A stretch of DNA of 64,000 nucleotides. Source: Hypanus sabinus. Lineage: Eukaryota. The stretch lies in assembly GCF_030144855.1 (NCBI RefSeq), contig NC_082716.1, positions 69,626,001-69,690,000 on the forward strand, read 5' to 3'. This document shows, piece after piece, positions 11,736-24,200 of this stretch (its first letter is position 1; each line of letters opens with the position of its first letter). A program made the position numbers and the translations under genes. Under the pieces are notes generated by a model. That model did not search any database and was not told the DNA's origin. It saw nothing but the letters and a program-made list of their open reading frames with translations.

Positions 11736-13025
11736 TCAAAGTTCAAAGTAAATTTTATTATCAGAGTCTATATATCTTGCCACATACAACCCTGAGATTC
11801 TTTTTCCTGTGGACATACTCAGCAAATCTATAGAATAGTAACTATAATTAATCAAGTACACCATAGAATACAACAAACTCTGCAAATACAAATATAAATA
11901 GATAACAATATATAATGAGAGCACAGAATAACAAGATAAAGCTTCCATAAAGTGAGATCATTGGCTTTGGGAACATATTAATAGATGAGTGTAGTTATCC
12001 CCTTTTGTTCAAGAGCCTGATGTTTGAGGGATAGCAACTGTTCTTGAACCTGGTGGTGTGTGTCCTGAGGCTCTTGTACCTTCTACCTGATGGCAGCAGT
12101 GAGAAAAGAGCATGGCTTCTGATGGCGGTAAACTCTGAACAATTTCTTGGGACACACTCAGCTACAGTGGTTTTGGTAAAATCTTTTACAACACTGGTAT
12201 AGCCATTTAAATTCTCAGATGAATGCTTGAACACGGCCCTGTCCACTGACTCAAGGTAACCGTTCCTCTGCCTCCTGTAACCACCTCTTAGTTATCTAAT
12301 CTCTGGAGCCTTGCTTTTTGGGCTCTGTCTGTATGCAGGCTGTAGGAGGAGAGCCAAGTGGCCTGATTTACCAAAATGTGGTCTAGGTAAGGAAATTTTG
12401 GCATTCCTTATCATAGTGTAGCAGTGGCCTTGTGCGTTGGAACCTCTAGTGTTACAGGTTAAATGCTGGTGATAATTGGGCAGGGTATTCTTTAAACAGG
12501 CCTGGTTGAAGTCTCTGACTATAACTTCAAATGCATCAGAATGGGCTGTTTCTTGTCTGCAGATGACATTGTGCAGTGTCGCGAGTGCTTGCTTATAGTC
12601 GGCCGCTGGACTACTCCAAGTTGCCTTGGAGCACTCCCAAGCCAAGTAGAATGGTTTACATTCGATCGATAGGTGTTCCAAATCAGAGGAACACGAGTTC
12701 GACATAACCAACGGAATTGGCCAAAATACACTCAGCCTCCACCCTTTTCTTTACCGGAGTCTGCAGTCTGATCCATCTTGAATTTATAAATCTATCTGAT
12801 CTGACTGCTGCATCAGGTGTGTCTGCAGATGACCAAGTCTTGGTACAGCAAACAATTGAGATCTGCCTCTGAGATCATCAGTCTTATTTTCCAGCAACTG
12901 TATATTTGCCAACAAGATGCTGGGTAGAGGAGGCTTCGTTCCTCTGAATTTTAGCCAGGCTTGGAAGCCCCCCCACCCGCCGTGCTTCCCGCCATGGTGA
13001 TGGTCCTTAAAGGCACTGCGCTTGA
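11736..13025 (-). mobile_element. Rex1/Babar LINE with internal deletion of the RT (APE endonuclease fused to the 3' end)
   Basis: LPSILLANIQLLENK, CSSDLEHLSIECKPFYL, DFNQACLK, HFGKSGH, then directly HALFSLLPSGRRYKSLRTHTTRFKNS; tail tttgaactttgaa at about 11736-11748. Confidence 0.85.
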
Positions 13026-13029
13026 CTAC

Positions 13030-15735
13030 TCCGCGTTCTAGTGCTGGCAGGGTATTCATTCTGGCAGTCCTAAGTCTGACGCTCTTGGATCTTCTTCCTG
13101 TCAATGAGATTGTGGGATGGGTGGTAGGGATCCTTAACAATACCTTGGGCCCTTTGTATGCAACAATCCCAGTAAATGTCACAGACAAGGGAGGGGGGAG
13201 AGAGAGACCCCAGTTATCCTCTCGGCGGTTCTTACTGTCCTCTGTAGAAATTTGTGGTCCAGTGCTTAGCAGCTTCTGTACCACACAATGATGCAGTCTG
13301 ACAAGGCACTCTTGATGGTCCTACTGTAGAAAGTCTTCGGAATGGGGGCAGGGAGCCCTTACAGACCTCAGTCTCCTCAGGAACTGTAGACACTACTAAG
13401 CCTTCTTCACAATTGAGGGGTTGTGGGTCCAGGTTTGATCGTCCGTTATGTGTACACTAAGGAACTTGATGTTCTTCACTCTCTCCGCGGCAGAGCCATT
13501 GATGTGAAATGGAGAGTGGACAACCTGCACCTTCCTGAAGTCCAGAATCATCTGCTTTGCCTTGTCCATGTTGAGCCTTAGGTTGTTATTTTCACGCCAT
13601 TGGACAAGCCTCTCTTCCACCTCTCTGTGTGCTGACTTATCGTTGTTGCAGATGAAGCCAAGCATCCATGAACTTGGTGCTGCATCTTGAGGTGGATCTG
13701 ACAGAGCAGTTGTGCGTCAGCAGTGTGAAAAGCCATGGACTGAGCATTCAACTGTGTGGGGCACCAGTGCCCAGCTTGCTGACGCTTGAGATGTTGCTGC
13801 CAACTCAGACTGACTGGGGTCTTTCTGTCAAGAAGTCCGAGATCTATTTGCAGAGAGGATTGCTGAGATTGTTGAGGACAGTTTACTCAGCAGCTTCTGA
13901 GGGGTGATTGTGTTAAGCACTGAGCTGAAGTCAATGAGCAACAACTTTGCATATGAAGCGTTGCTGTCTCGGTGGGACAGGATGGAGTGGAGGGCCAAGG
14001 CTATGACATCATCAGTGCACCAGTTTGAGTGGTAGAAGAACTGGAAAGGATTCAATATAGTAGGAAGGTTGGATTTTACCAGCTACTCATGATTGTTGAG
14101 TCAGTGCCTCTGGGCAGTAATCTGGATTTATTGAAGCCTGCAGAGACAGTGGACAATAGCAAAGAGATATTAAAGATGTCCATTAAGACATTTGTTAGCC
14201 AGTCTGCACAATCCTTCAGTACCTGATGAGGTAAGTTGTCTTGCCCCGCAGATTTTTGTGGGTTCACCCTGTGTAGGATCCTTGTCACCTCAGTCATGGC
14301 CAGATAGGGTGCCTGTTCCTCAAGAGGAGAGGGGACGTTTCTCGATGTCACATTATTCACTGCATCAAATCGTGCACAGAAGCCATTCAGCCTATCACGA
14401 CGGGAGGTATCACTGTCAATGACGTGCAGGGTGGTCTTGTTATCGGTTGTGGTTTGTGTACCTTGCCACGTGTATTGCATGTCCCTGGTATCACAAAGGT
14501 ATCTGTGAGTACTCTCACGAGAGAGAGCGGTTGTTGCTCACCTCAGAGCCGTCTTATTCTCCGATCTGAAGGCAGAGTCCCAACCCCTAAGCAGTACGCG
14601 GACTTCTGCAGTCAACGGTGGTTTCTGGTTTGCCCTGCTGTTTAATCACGGTAAAGACCTCAACACATTTTCCGATGTAGCCATTCACCGATCCTGCATT
14701 TTCATTAATGTTGACGTGACGATCTTAGGTAGCCCCCTCCCTGAATATGCTCCAGTCTGTGCTGTCAAAACAGTCCTGCAGAGCTGAGGTGGTACCCTCA
14801 GGCCAGCTCCTGATGTCCCTGCAAACTGGCTTAACACGGTTTACCAGTGCTCTGGATTGGCAAATGGGTACTGGTCTGACTAAGTGAGGTGAGGGCAGAG
14901 TGGTGGGTGAGCTCACTTGTAGACTCCGGGAATGTTGGTATAAACCACGTCTAATGTGTTTCCACTTCTGGTTGTAAAGTCGACATGCTAGTAGAATTTT
15001 GACAGGTCTGTATTTAAATTGGCATGATAGAAGTCACAAGCAACAATGAAGAAATCATTGTGGTGAGTGGCTTTGAGGTTGCAGATGGCACCGTGGAGCT
15101 CCCGCAGCACTTTCCCAGCAGCACAGGGGCAGGGGGATGTAAACAGCGTCAATCACAATGGCAGTCATCTCCCTCCATAACTAGAAGGGTCTGTACTTCA
15201 CCATTAAAATCCCCATCTGTGGTGAGCAGTAGGCCGTTACTACCAGTGCGTTCACACACCAGTTCTTATTAACGTAGAATAATGTAGATACACAGACCTC
15301 CTCTGTGGGTCGTACTGGAGGTCGTAGCATTTCTGCCAGCCCAAAAGGAGATTAGGTCTTCCAGCTGGAAGGCCGAGTCTGGAATGCTGACCTGGAGCCA
15401 CGTATCTGTCGGCAAGAGTGTGCAGCAATCTCTCATTTCACGCTGGTTCAGATGCAGCCACGGGTAATGCAGTTTATTTTCTAGTGATTGGATGTTAGCA
15501 AGTAGAATCGTCAGGAGCACAGGCCACAGTGTGGTGCAAAGGTCTGCTCCACGTGTTAGATTGTAACTACCGAGCACCTTCGTTATCCCGCTCGCTACTA
15601 GGTAAACTTGCAGATTTTAGTGTTCTTTATGATCAGTACTGTTTTTTGACCATAGAAAAGATGAACAGAACAAGAAATTTTACTGTTGATTGGAGCTGAA
15701 GAGGCCACTGTGACCATGTGTGCTGCCATCTTCTG
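13030..15735 (-). mobile_element. Near full-length degenerate Rex1/Babar LINE (APE + RT)
   Basis: 5' aagatggc at about 15725-15732; ILLANIQSLENK, RGGLCIYI, LQDCFDSTDWSIF, VNPQKSAGQDN, LIDFSSVLNTI, LVQWRENNNLRLN; many stops and frameshifts. Confidence 0.88.
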
Positions 15736-15929
15736 ATATCGATCCCCAGACATCGTCCAACCCAACTCTCAATTAGTTGCATTTTCTCTCAGAGTTTGAC
15801 TGGTTTCAATATGAGGATGTCATTTTTTGGAACTGGATGAACGCAGCATTCTGCAGGATAAATGAGACATAAATGATAGTTACGCTTCACTCCTTGCTGA
15901 GCTCAAAGTCTTTTCTGTGCCCTTTGAAA

Positions 15930-16962
15930 GTGAGAATAACACCTACACCTGTTTTATTGATTACTGTTCAGCATTCAACAACATCATTTGCTCAGTACTA
16001 GTGAACAAGCTTCAAAACCTGGGCCTCTGTCCCTCCTTCCACAACTGGATTCTTGACTTCCTCATCAGGAGACTGCAGTCAATGTTGACCAGTAATAACC
16101 TCTTCTCCTCCCTGACGATCAATACAAGTGCACATCAAGGAAGCTTGCTTAGCCCACTGCTCTACTCTCTCTGCACTCGTGACCGTGTGGTTAGGCACTG
16201 CTATGAATTCACAAATGACACATTGTTGGCAAAATATCAGATGGTGTTGAGGAGGCATGAGTTAGAATGGCTGGTTTAGTGGTGATGCAACACCACCCTC
16301 GCAATTAACATTAGCAAGAGCAAGGAATTACTTGCAGACTGAAGGAAGGGAGGTTGGGTGAACACACGCCAGTCCTCACCGAGAGGTCAGCTGTGGAAAG
16401 GGTGAGTAGCTTCAAATTCCTGGAAGTCAGCATCTCAGAGGATTTGCTCTGGGCCCATCATATTGATATAACCATAAAGAAGGCACGCCAATGGCTGTGC
16501 TCATTAGGACTTTGAGGAGATTTGGTATGTCACCAAAGACCCTAGCAAGTTTCTACAGATGTACTGTGGAGAGCATTCTGAATGGTTCACGGCCCAGTAT
16601 AGAGGCTGCAATACACAGGATTGATAAAGCTGCAGAGGGTTGCAGCCTCATCCAGCACCATCATTCACCCTAGCCTGCCCACCATTGAGGGCATCTTCAA
16701 AAGGCAGTGCCTAAGGAAGGTATCATTAAAGACCCTCGCCACCCATGTCCTGTTCTCACCAGGGTGGAGGTCTAGGGCCTCAATAACTTCTTCCCCTCCA
16801 CAATCAGACTTCTGAATGGTTCATGAATACTACTACATTGTTATTCATCTTTTACACTATTTACATATTTTGTAAATTATAATAATTTTTATGTCTTGCA
16901 CTGTACTGCTACCACAAATTCTCAGTGATAATAAGCCTGAATCCGATTCTGCTCTTCTGATT
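15930..16962 (+). mobile_element. Rex1/Babar LINE 3' portion
   Basis: FIDYCSAFNNI...HQGSLLSPLLYSL; LRRFGMSPKTLASFYRCTVESILNG; tail gataataagcctgaatccgattctg. Confidence 0.88.
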
Positions 16963-18049
16963 CTAAAGTTATATAAAAATAACTTTGTATGCACATTTAA
17001 AGGTATAGTGATATGCAATTTTGAATAATCTATTTGTGGCTAGAATTCTGCACATTCTGAATATAAACAATTTGCCCTTTCAGCCTACATCGCTCGTTGC
17101 AGTAACACAGTTCTTTAAATCTGGTTGGCATCAACAATGCATACCCTCATTTCTCAATAGACAGCTCCACCCATGGCATAAAAATGATGTATGCTAGCTG
17201 GTCCCCAAAATACTTAATACGGGTCCAATTCTATGTGCGCAGTTCCTCAGGAAGATCAAAGATCATTATGCTTATAGCTATTAAAATGTATGATAGTGTG
17301 GAAGGCAATTATCTGAGACTTTACACATTTCATCAGTTTATATGTGAGTTTAATCAATTCCCTTAAGAAACCAATTCTAAGACTGCAGTGCACAGCACAA
17401 AACTGCTTGAACAATGTTGAATGTGTTTTGAATTATATCAGTGGTATAGAAAATTGCATAATGAGAACATAGCACAGCTAGAGGAGCTCTGTGGTGTTCT
17501 GAGACAGATGTACTCCTATCAGAGTTGTGTGGGGGAAGAATACAGTATTTACAAAAATAAAATGAAACCCATTTTTCTATCCTTTACTTTCCCAGCGTAA
17601 GAGCCAGTTTCCAGCTGAAAGAGTTGATGTGCGGCTGCCTCAGGTATTTTTCCTGGTCACTGTTAAGGCAGCCATTCTGAGTGGACTATGGTAGCCAATA
17701 CTCATTTCATTCTTTCCAGCTCTGTGCTTCCCCCAACAACGTGATCAAGTGACAGAATTGGATAGGAATAAAATTTCAGCACATCTTATGTTAGGTTGTA
17801 ACAGAGGTTCTGGAAACATATAAGGTGGATAGATTCTGAAGTACCAAGTGCAATCTCATGATTAATTATATTGGAAGATTTGCATATTGCTTTGGGAAGG
17901 ATCGGGTTGACTATTGAGCTTGTAGTGGAAAAAAGTAAATAAAGTGATGGTATACACAAGGAAATCTGCAGATGCTGGAAATTCAAGCAACACACACAAA
18001 ATGCTGGTGGAACACAGCAGGCCAGGCAGCATCTATAGGGAGAAGCACT

Positions 18050-18083
18050 GTCAATGTTTCGGGCCCAGACCCTTCATCAGGAC
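18050..18083 (-). ncRNA. Minimal type I hammerhead ribozyme motif in the Penelope pLTR
   Basis: Minus strand GUC-CUGAUGA-A-GGG-UCUGGG-CCC-GAAAC-AUU-GAC: intact catalytic core, helix I and helix II. Confidence 0.75.
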
Positions 18084-18381
18084 TAACTGAGAGGAAAGAT
18101 AGAGATTTGAAAGTAGGAGCTGGAGGGGAAAATACAAAATGATAGAAGAAGACGGGAGGGGGTGAGGTGAAGCTGAGAGCCAGAAAGGTGATTGGCAAAA
18201 GGGATACAGAGCTGGAGAACGGAAAGGATCATGGGATGGGAGGCCTAGGGAGAGAGAAAGGGGGAGGGGAGCACCAGAGGGAGATGGAGAACAGGCAGAA
18301 TGATGGGCAGAGAGAGGAAAAAAAGGAGGGGGGAAAAACAAAAAAAAAATCAGGGATGGGGTAAGGAGGGGAGGAGGGGCA

Positions 18382-18708
18382 TTAACGGAAGTTAGAGAAG
18401 TCAATATTCATGCCATCAGGTTGGAGGCTACCCAGCCGGTGTATAAGGTGTTGTTCCTCCAACCTGAGTGTGGCTTCATCTTGACAGTAGAGGAGGCCAT
18501 GGATAGACATATCAGAATGGGAATGGGAAGTGGAATTAAAATGTGTGGCCACTAGGAGATCCTGCTTTCTCTGGTGGACCGAGCGTAGGTGTTCAGTGAA
18601 ACGGTCTCCCAGTCTGCGTCGGGTCTCACCAATATATAAAAGGCCACACCGGGAGCACCGGACGCAGTATACCACACCAGCCGACTCACAAGTGAAGTGT
18701 CGCCTCAC
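18382..18708 (-). pseudogene. GIY-YIG endonuclease domain of a Penelope-like element (open for 108 aa)
   Basis: FTCESAGVVYCVRCSRCGLLYIGETRRRLGDRFTEH...VATHF...EQHLI...GMN: GIY-YIG with the PLE-type CxxC and His residues. Confidence 0.9.
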
Positions 18709-19199
18709 CTGGAAGGACTGTCTGGGGCCCTGAATGGTGGTGAGGGAGGAAGTGTAAGGACAGGTGTAGCACTTGTTCCACTTGCAAGGATAAGTGCCAG
18801 GAGGGAGATCGGTGGGAAGGGATGAGGGGGGGGGGATGAATAGACAAGGGAGTCGCGTAGGGAGTGATCCCTGCAGAAAGTGGGGGGGGGGGGAAGGAAA
18901 GATGTGCTTGGTATTGGGATCCCGTTGGAGGTGGCGGAAGTTATGGTGATGGTATTTTCCATTAGGCTAGCAAATGTGGAGACAGATTTCTTAACATTGT
19001 GAATTGTAGCTGAGACTATTCAGATTATTGTAACAATGTGCTTGGACACAAGTTCTTGCCAGTATCGCATACTGAAATGTAGCGAAAGCTGGAATATTGA
19101 AGCTGTCGGAGGGCTTTGCACTTGGTAATTGTTTTGCCAATTCTCCAGTTATGAAACTCAAAATTAAGAAAGGCAATTCTTCAGATTGACTGTAACATT

Positions 19200-19608
19200 G
19201 AAATAGCGACTGCAGTCTCCTCTGTCGCTGTGGAAGGAGCGATATCTGCCTCTCCCTTGTTAGTAAGAGAAAGTGCCTGTGGATGTCGAAATGTTGGACA
19301 GAACAGTTAGTTTTTGATGGACTGTAGACCGTGGTCTCTCTTTGGGGGCTTTGCTGTTGCTTGGTGGCAGGTGGTGGGAATGCTGATACTTTATGCTAGA
19401 ATAAGTTGGTGGGGGGGGGGGAAGAGTTGATATTGCTTGCTGCTGCGTGTGCATGGGAGGGAGCAGGGGGCTTTGGGATTCTTATGTTTTTTCCGTTATT
19501 CATTCTTTGGATTTCCCCCCTCTGTTTTGAGGATGTCTGTGGAGAATAAGAATTTCAAGTTGTATATTATATACATTCTCTGATATTAAATGGAACTATT
19601 GAATTGAA
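19200..19608 (+). mobile_element. Second, 5'-truncated copy of the non-autonomous element at 7743-8560
   Basis: Shared blocks gggggctttggg.ttct, attcattctttgg, gtatatt.tatacatt.ctctga.attaaatg..actattgaa. Confidence 0.7.
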
Positions 19609-20219
19609 AGAGTGACACAGTGAGTCCACTTCCCTTCTTTCTTCCTGTAGCTCTGCAGATTTTATTTCATTTTTCAGTTATTGTCCAATTTCCTTCTGAA
19701 AGTTACTGTCAGACCTGGTTCCACCCCTCCCTTCCAAGTGGTGAATTTGAGATCAGTTTCAACTGGAGCTGGAGATTCATCTCTGTTTGTAGTTATGAGT
19801 GGCTGCTTTGAAAGTCGCTGCCTGAATCCTGCTATAATTTGCTGGCAGATCCTTGGAGAACTCTTTGGGATTTAGGTGTTGCCTTCTTCCATATATGGAA
19901 GTTGCAAACTTGCTGATGGATTGCAGCCACCAAGCAAGTCAGATGTCAGTTCATTGAGTGCCTCGATTGAATGTGAGCTTCCTGAGATTCTTTATTCAGT
20001 GTGTTGGTTAATATTAGACCCATTGTAGAATCTGTGAGCCTATTTATTTTAGTGGAACTATTACATCATAAGGAAGAGAGGCAAGAATAAGCTCAATTGA
20101 ACTTCTTCAAATGATTTGTGTTTGCAATAGGTAGCTTTAAGTGTTTTAAAATAAGTTATTATTCCTTTCTCAACATTTCTTCTGCATTCAGAAGTGTTCC
20201 AAATGATTGAAAGTTGAGG

Positions 20220-20560
20220 CAGACAGTGATACTGTGGTCGTGGCTCCATTTGGTGTCAGAGTCCCTCAGCAGTTTGTGGGTTGGGCTTGCGCAGTCCATC
20301 CATAACATCTGATTATGTTAGGTGACCTCACTGATCAGGTCCAGCAAGTATGACCTTGTGGATTAGCACCAGATAAGTGATAAGCAGCGGGGAATAGATA
20401 GTGAGTGCATGTGAAGGCCTCCTTGCAGCCAAGCATGGGCCACACTTCTGGCATCATTACCTTGACAGGACTTCAAAACTACTGGCTGTAAAGTACTTTT
20501 GAAGGACTTGGGATGAAAACTAGGCATGACGTAGCTGCAGGCTCTTTCCTTGTTGGACAA
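20220..20560 (+). mobile_element. Ancient SINE with an L2/DeuSINE-type tail
   Basis: 3' end actggctgtaaagtacttttgaaggacttgggatgaaaactaggcatgacgtagctgcaggctctttc resembles the DeuSINE/L2 tail. Confidence 0.45.
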
Positions 20561-21069
20561 TGTTCAGGGAAACTGGTCAGAATGATCCAAGCATTTGCAG
20601 CTTAGTTTCTTCGGCATAAATAAAGTGAGGATATAATTCAGATTTTTAAAATAATGTGAAGAATACAGATCTAACAAGACTATTTAGCTCAGCTGTGTTG
20701 GTGTAATTAGAGGATCCAGGCTCTGAAACATGATTGGAAAACAGTTCCTTCCCCTGTAATTGAGAAGGCATGTTGAACTATGTTTTAAACTCTTATTCAA
20801 AAAGGTTGATTTTTATGCTAATAAGCAAAGATCTGATTCTGAGTATAAGCATAAATAATTTATCACTCAGAGAATTCTGCGGGCCTTTAGAAATTTTATG
20901 TCAGGTACAGACAGTCAAAGCAAGACTTTTATTTCTAATGCATCGTAGTTCTGTTAAAAAACATGACTTGCTTTCGAGGGAAATCTGGCAGCACTTTATA
21001 ATCAGCGGGATTCTAGAAACAGCAGTTACATGATTTACCATGTTGCTTATTTTGGTGGCGGTAGTAGGG

Positions 21070-21290
21070 AGGAATCTTCTGTAGGACCTGAGAGAGCTCC
21101 CTCTCGTCTTTGCATTGTGGCACGGGATCTTTAACCATTTTTATCCATTAGGAACTGCAAAACAGCTCTCTGTTTCAATCTCCCCTCCCAGTAGGATAAT
21201 GCTACAGATAGCCAGGACCTCTTAACAGTAATTTCACTCCAAAGCTCTGAAGATTTTGCTTGATTTTCTTATGACTGAAAAAGCGTATGA
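21070..21290 (-). mobile_element. DeuSINE (SacSINE1-like) core fragment
   Basis: aggacctgagagagctccctctcgtctttgcattgtggcacgggatcttt resembles the Deu domain also seen at 35990-36030. Confidence 0.4.
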
Positions 21291-24200
21291 CTTTATATAG
21301 ATTAATTGTGTGAGATTTCATCTTCAATTATTTGCAAGTACAGATTAAAAGAGAATGAACATAAATGGAGCCCCTAATCCTAGGCATTGCACATGGGCTC
21401 ATCCTGATGGCTATTTGTCATGCATCCTTTGAACAGCTTGCTCCATTCTCTATGTAGCTGCATTTCAAATCCATTCTTCCAAGCACAAAAAAAATTAAAT
21501 TATTTTTCAGAATGCATAATTGTTAACAAAAATACAGTATGATATTGATCACTCATACCATGGGTGAACGCCCTGGGTGTAGTTTAATTTAGAAGAATCC
21601 TCAGGAATGACAAGTACTGCAACAAACAATACAGCTAAATAAAAAAAAAATGTTTGACATCAGATTCAGTTTCCTAAGGGGACTGTTAATCTTAAATCTA
21701 AACTAGCTTTAAACTTCCCCTCTTTGTCAACCATTTAACAGCTGGTGTTCTCTAACTCTGGCGTAAATTGCAACTCAATTACAGTAAATAAAGTGTGTCG
21801 TGACCACTGTACTTCCAAAAGTGCCACATTCACGCCATTTCCAGTATGCTCTTCAGCTTTGTGTAATAGTGTGTTTAATTCAAACATAAAGGTTACCTGC
21901 AGCAACACTGGGAATATGCCTGAATTGTACAGAAGGGAGAATTGAAAGTCAGTGGCTTGTACTCACAGTAAATAAACTTCTCCAAATCCTTGAAACCAAC
22001 ACAGAGATTATTTGACTAAGAAGTTTACAAGTATTCTGATATCTTGTGTATGTGGTACAGGATTTAGAAGTCTTATTTGGAAATGTTACAATCTGAAACT
22101 GTTATATTTTTAACACTATCCCAAACTGAGATGGGTTATTTATTGTGTAGTCATTGTCAAAGTGAAAGTTGCAGTATCAGAACCGCTCAACCGGTGGATG
22201 TACAGACTGACCAAGAGAATGCCAACTCTTCTGATGCAATGCTAGTATGATACACATCAGTTTCAAAGATTTGATTAGTTTCCATGGTACCTAGATTTTC
22301 TGTGGATCTGCTCTTTCTTAGACCGGAAACTTTAAATACAGTACTTGTTTATAAGTGGCCACAGAATGATATTGATAGTTTAGCATAGATGTACATAATT
22401 TCTGAATCTTAGTAAAAAGTTTGAGAAGTTAAATTTTCATTTATAACGTGTGGAAAATAAACTATCAAAGGGTCAGATGGTGCTGGAACTGCCCATCAGC
22501 TGGAATCACTGCCTGGAACATTGCAGCCAGCGCAGACGGATGTGGACATCCCTGGAATTGGGGGGTGAGGTTCAGATGACAACCAGGCTTGACGTGGACC
22601 AGAGCAGAGGCCCCATCTATAATGCAGCTGACATTCTTAAAAGAAGGCAAAGGTAGTTCGGTGCTTTGTCTACTGTCAAAAACATCGAGTATATTAGCAG
22701 TCTCACAATGACTGGCACGGACATTTAAAAAAATAAAATTGAATAGCTGATTTAAAGAAAAGTAACACATTCATTTAATGGTACATAAAAACTTTGAAAT
22801 AATTAAAAACATCAAATTTAAATAATTTAATTGATATTACTGTCAGTAAGGCTAGAATCCGCAGTGAAGTGCATGAGGTATCCAGAACTGATGCTGATTC
22901 TGATTGGAGCTTACTGTCAGATGTAATATGATCGGTCACTCAATATGTTATGGTCTTCCTCGTTGGATAAGGCATGCGTAGAAGTCAAAGACTTTAATTT
23001 ACACAGCAAAACTCCAGTGATTCCAATGGGAAATGCCAAATCCAGCCAGAAAGATCCATCTCAGTGTTCTGCCATGCTTTCTTTGCATGTGAAGCACATG
23101 AAGGCACAACCTAATCAGGGCTGTCATTCCAGTGAAATCGATAATTTGGAGACACACTATAAAGTACACCTGCTGTCCACAGAAGTTATCTTTATTTTCT
23201 TCTAGCAGTATTTAAAACCATAATTAATCAGAATTATTGGTGCTGCTTTCAGCAGTTCAAATGCAAAACAGTTCAAATGCAAAACACTGATTTATTTACT
23301 TTCTGTAGACTAGAACAAGGCAAAAGACATGTAGCTTTGCTCAATACAATGGAGGCTTCTTGTTTAACATAGTTGTTCTTAATACCTAACGTGGTAGTTG
23401 TTTCTGTGTGCCTCGTGTCTTTCACACCATATCTGTTTTGAAATTCTTTTTCATCTTGACTCCTGTGACATTGTGCCACTCGGGCTCTGTAAAATAATTC
23501 CAGCCATACAGGTAGATGAATCTGACATAGTTGAGAACTAACAGCATGTCAGACTCTTTCTCTGTGGAAGGCTATAGATCAGGAAAGGGAATATGCCAGA
23601 GTTGGGTGGGTGACAGGGGAATAACATCCCTTTCTCCTCCATCGACAGGGGTAATAACTCCTGACTCTCTGGGGAGAAATTGAAAAAAGCAATAGCCATG
23701 AGCTGTGAAGCAATGCCTGTAGGAGAATTGAAAGTTAATGCTCTTCTTTATTTTTTTTTGTCGGGAGTTGCAGCTCAGTGTCATTGTTTCAAACTATCCA
23801 TAAATGTTATGTTAGCGGTGAAAATCCTTTTGTGTTCCTAGTTCCACTTTGAAGAAGGTGAACATGAAACGGAACTGGGGGCTGGAAAAAGAAGCCTCAG
23901 TAGTCAGTTTTCTCAGTCAAAAATGACAAGACCCTGTCACATCCGTCAGGATGGGGGGGGGGGAGGGGTGGGGTCAGGGCAGAGCCTGTTGATGAGTGAG
24001 GAAAAAAGAAGTGAATTCATTCTGCTTCAGGCACTTTGTCAAGTGCCGGTAGGTTACTGTTGAGAACTAGTCACCCATCACTGTGTTACTGCCATGGGAG
24101 TCAATTCCTGTGTATAAATCATGGGCCGGCAAAGGGTTTGAAACATATTGCAGTTACCAAGGAAATGAAAATAAGGAACATGCTTCTGCCTTGATTAGAA

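Larger units (their letters stand above)
17954..18945 (-). mobile_element. Penelope-like element, 5'-truncated, relatively young, 10-bp TSD
   Basis: GIY-YIG ORF followed by a pyrimidine-rich 3' region and a pLTR with hammerhead; direct repeat gtgatggtat at 17944-17953 and 18946-18955. Confidence 0.92.

Noticed and set aside
17720-17823. Another phase-1-compatible exon after the acceptor ctcatttcattctttccag
   Set aside because: A frame of about 34 codons can occur by chance, there is little CpG or compositional support, and the only donor is weak.
23253-23286. 16-bp tandem duplication cagttcaaatgcaaaa
   Set aside because: An ordinary slippage duplication with no further structure.
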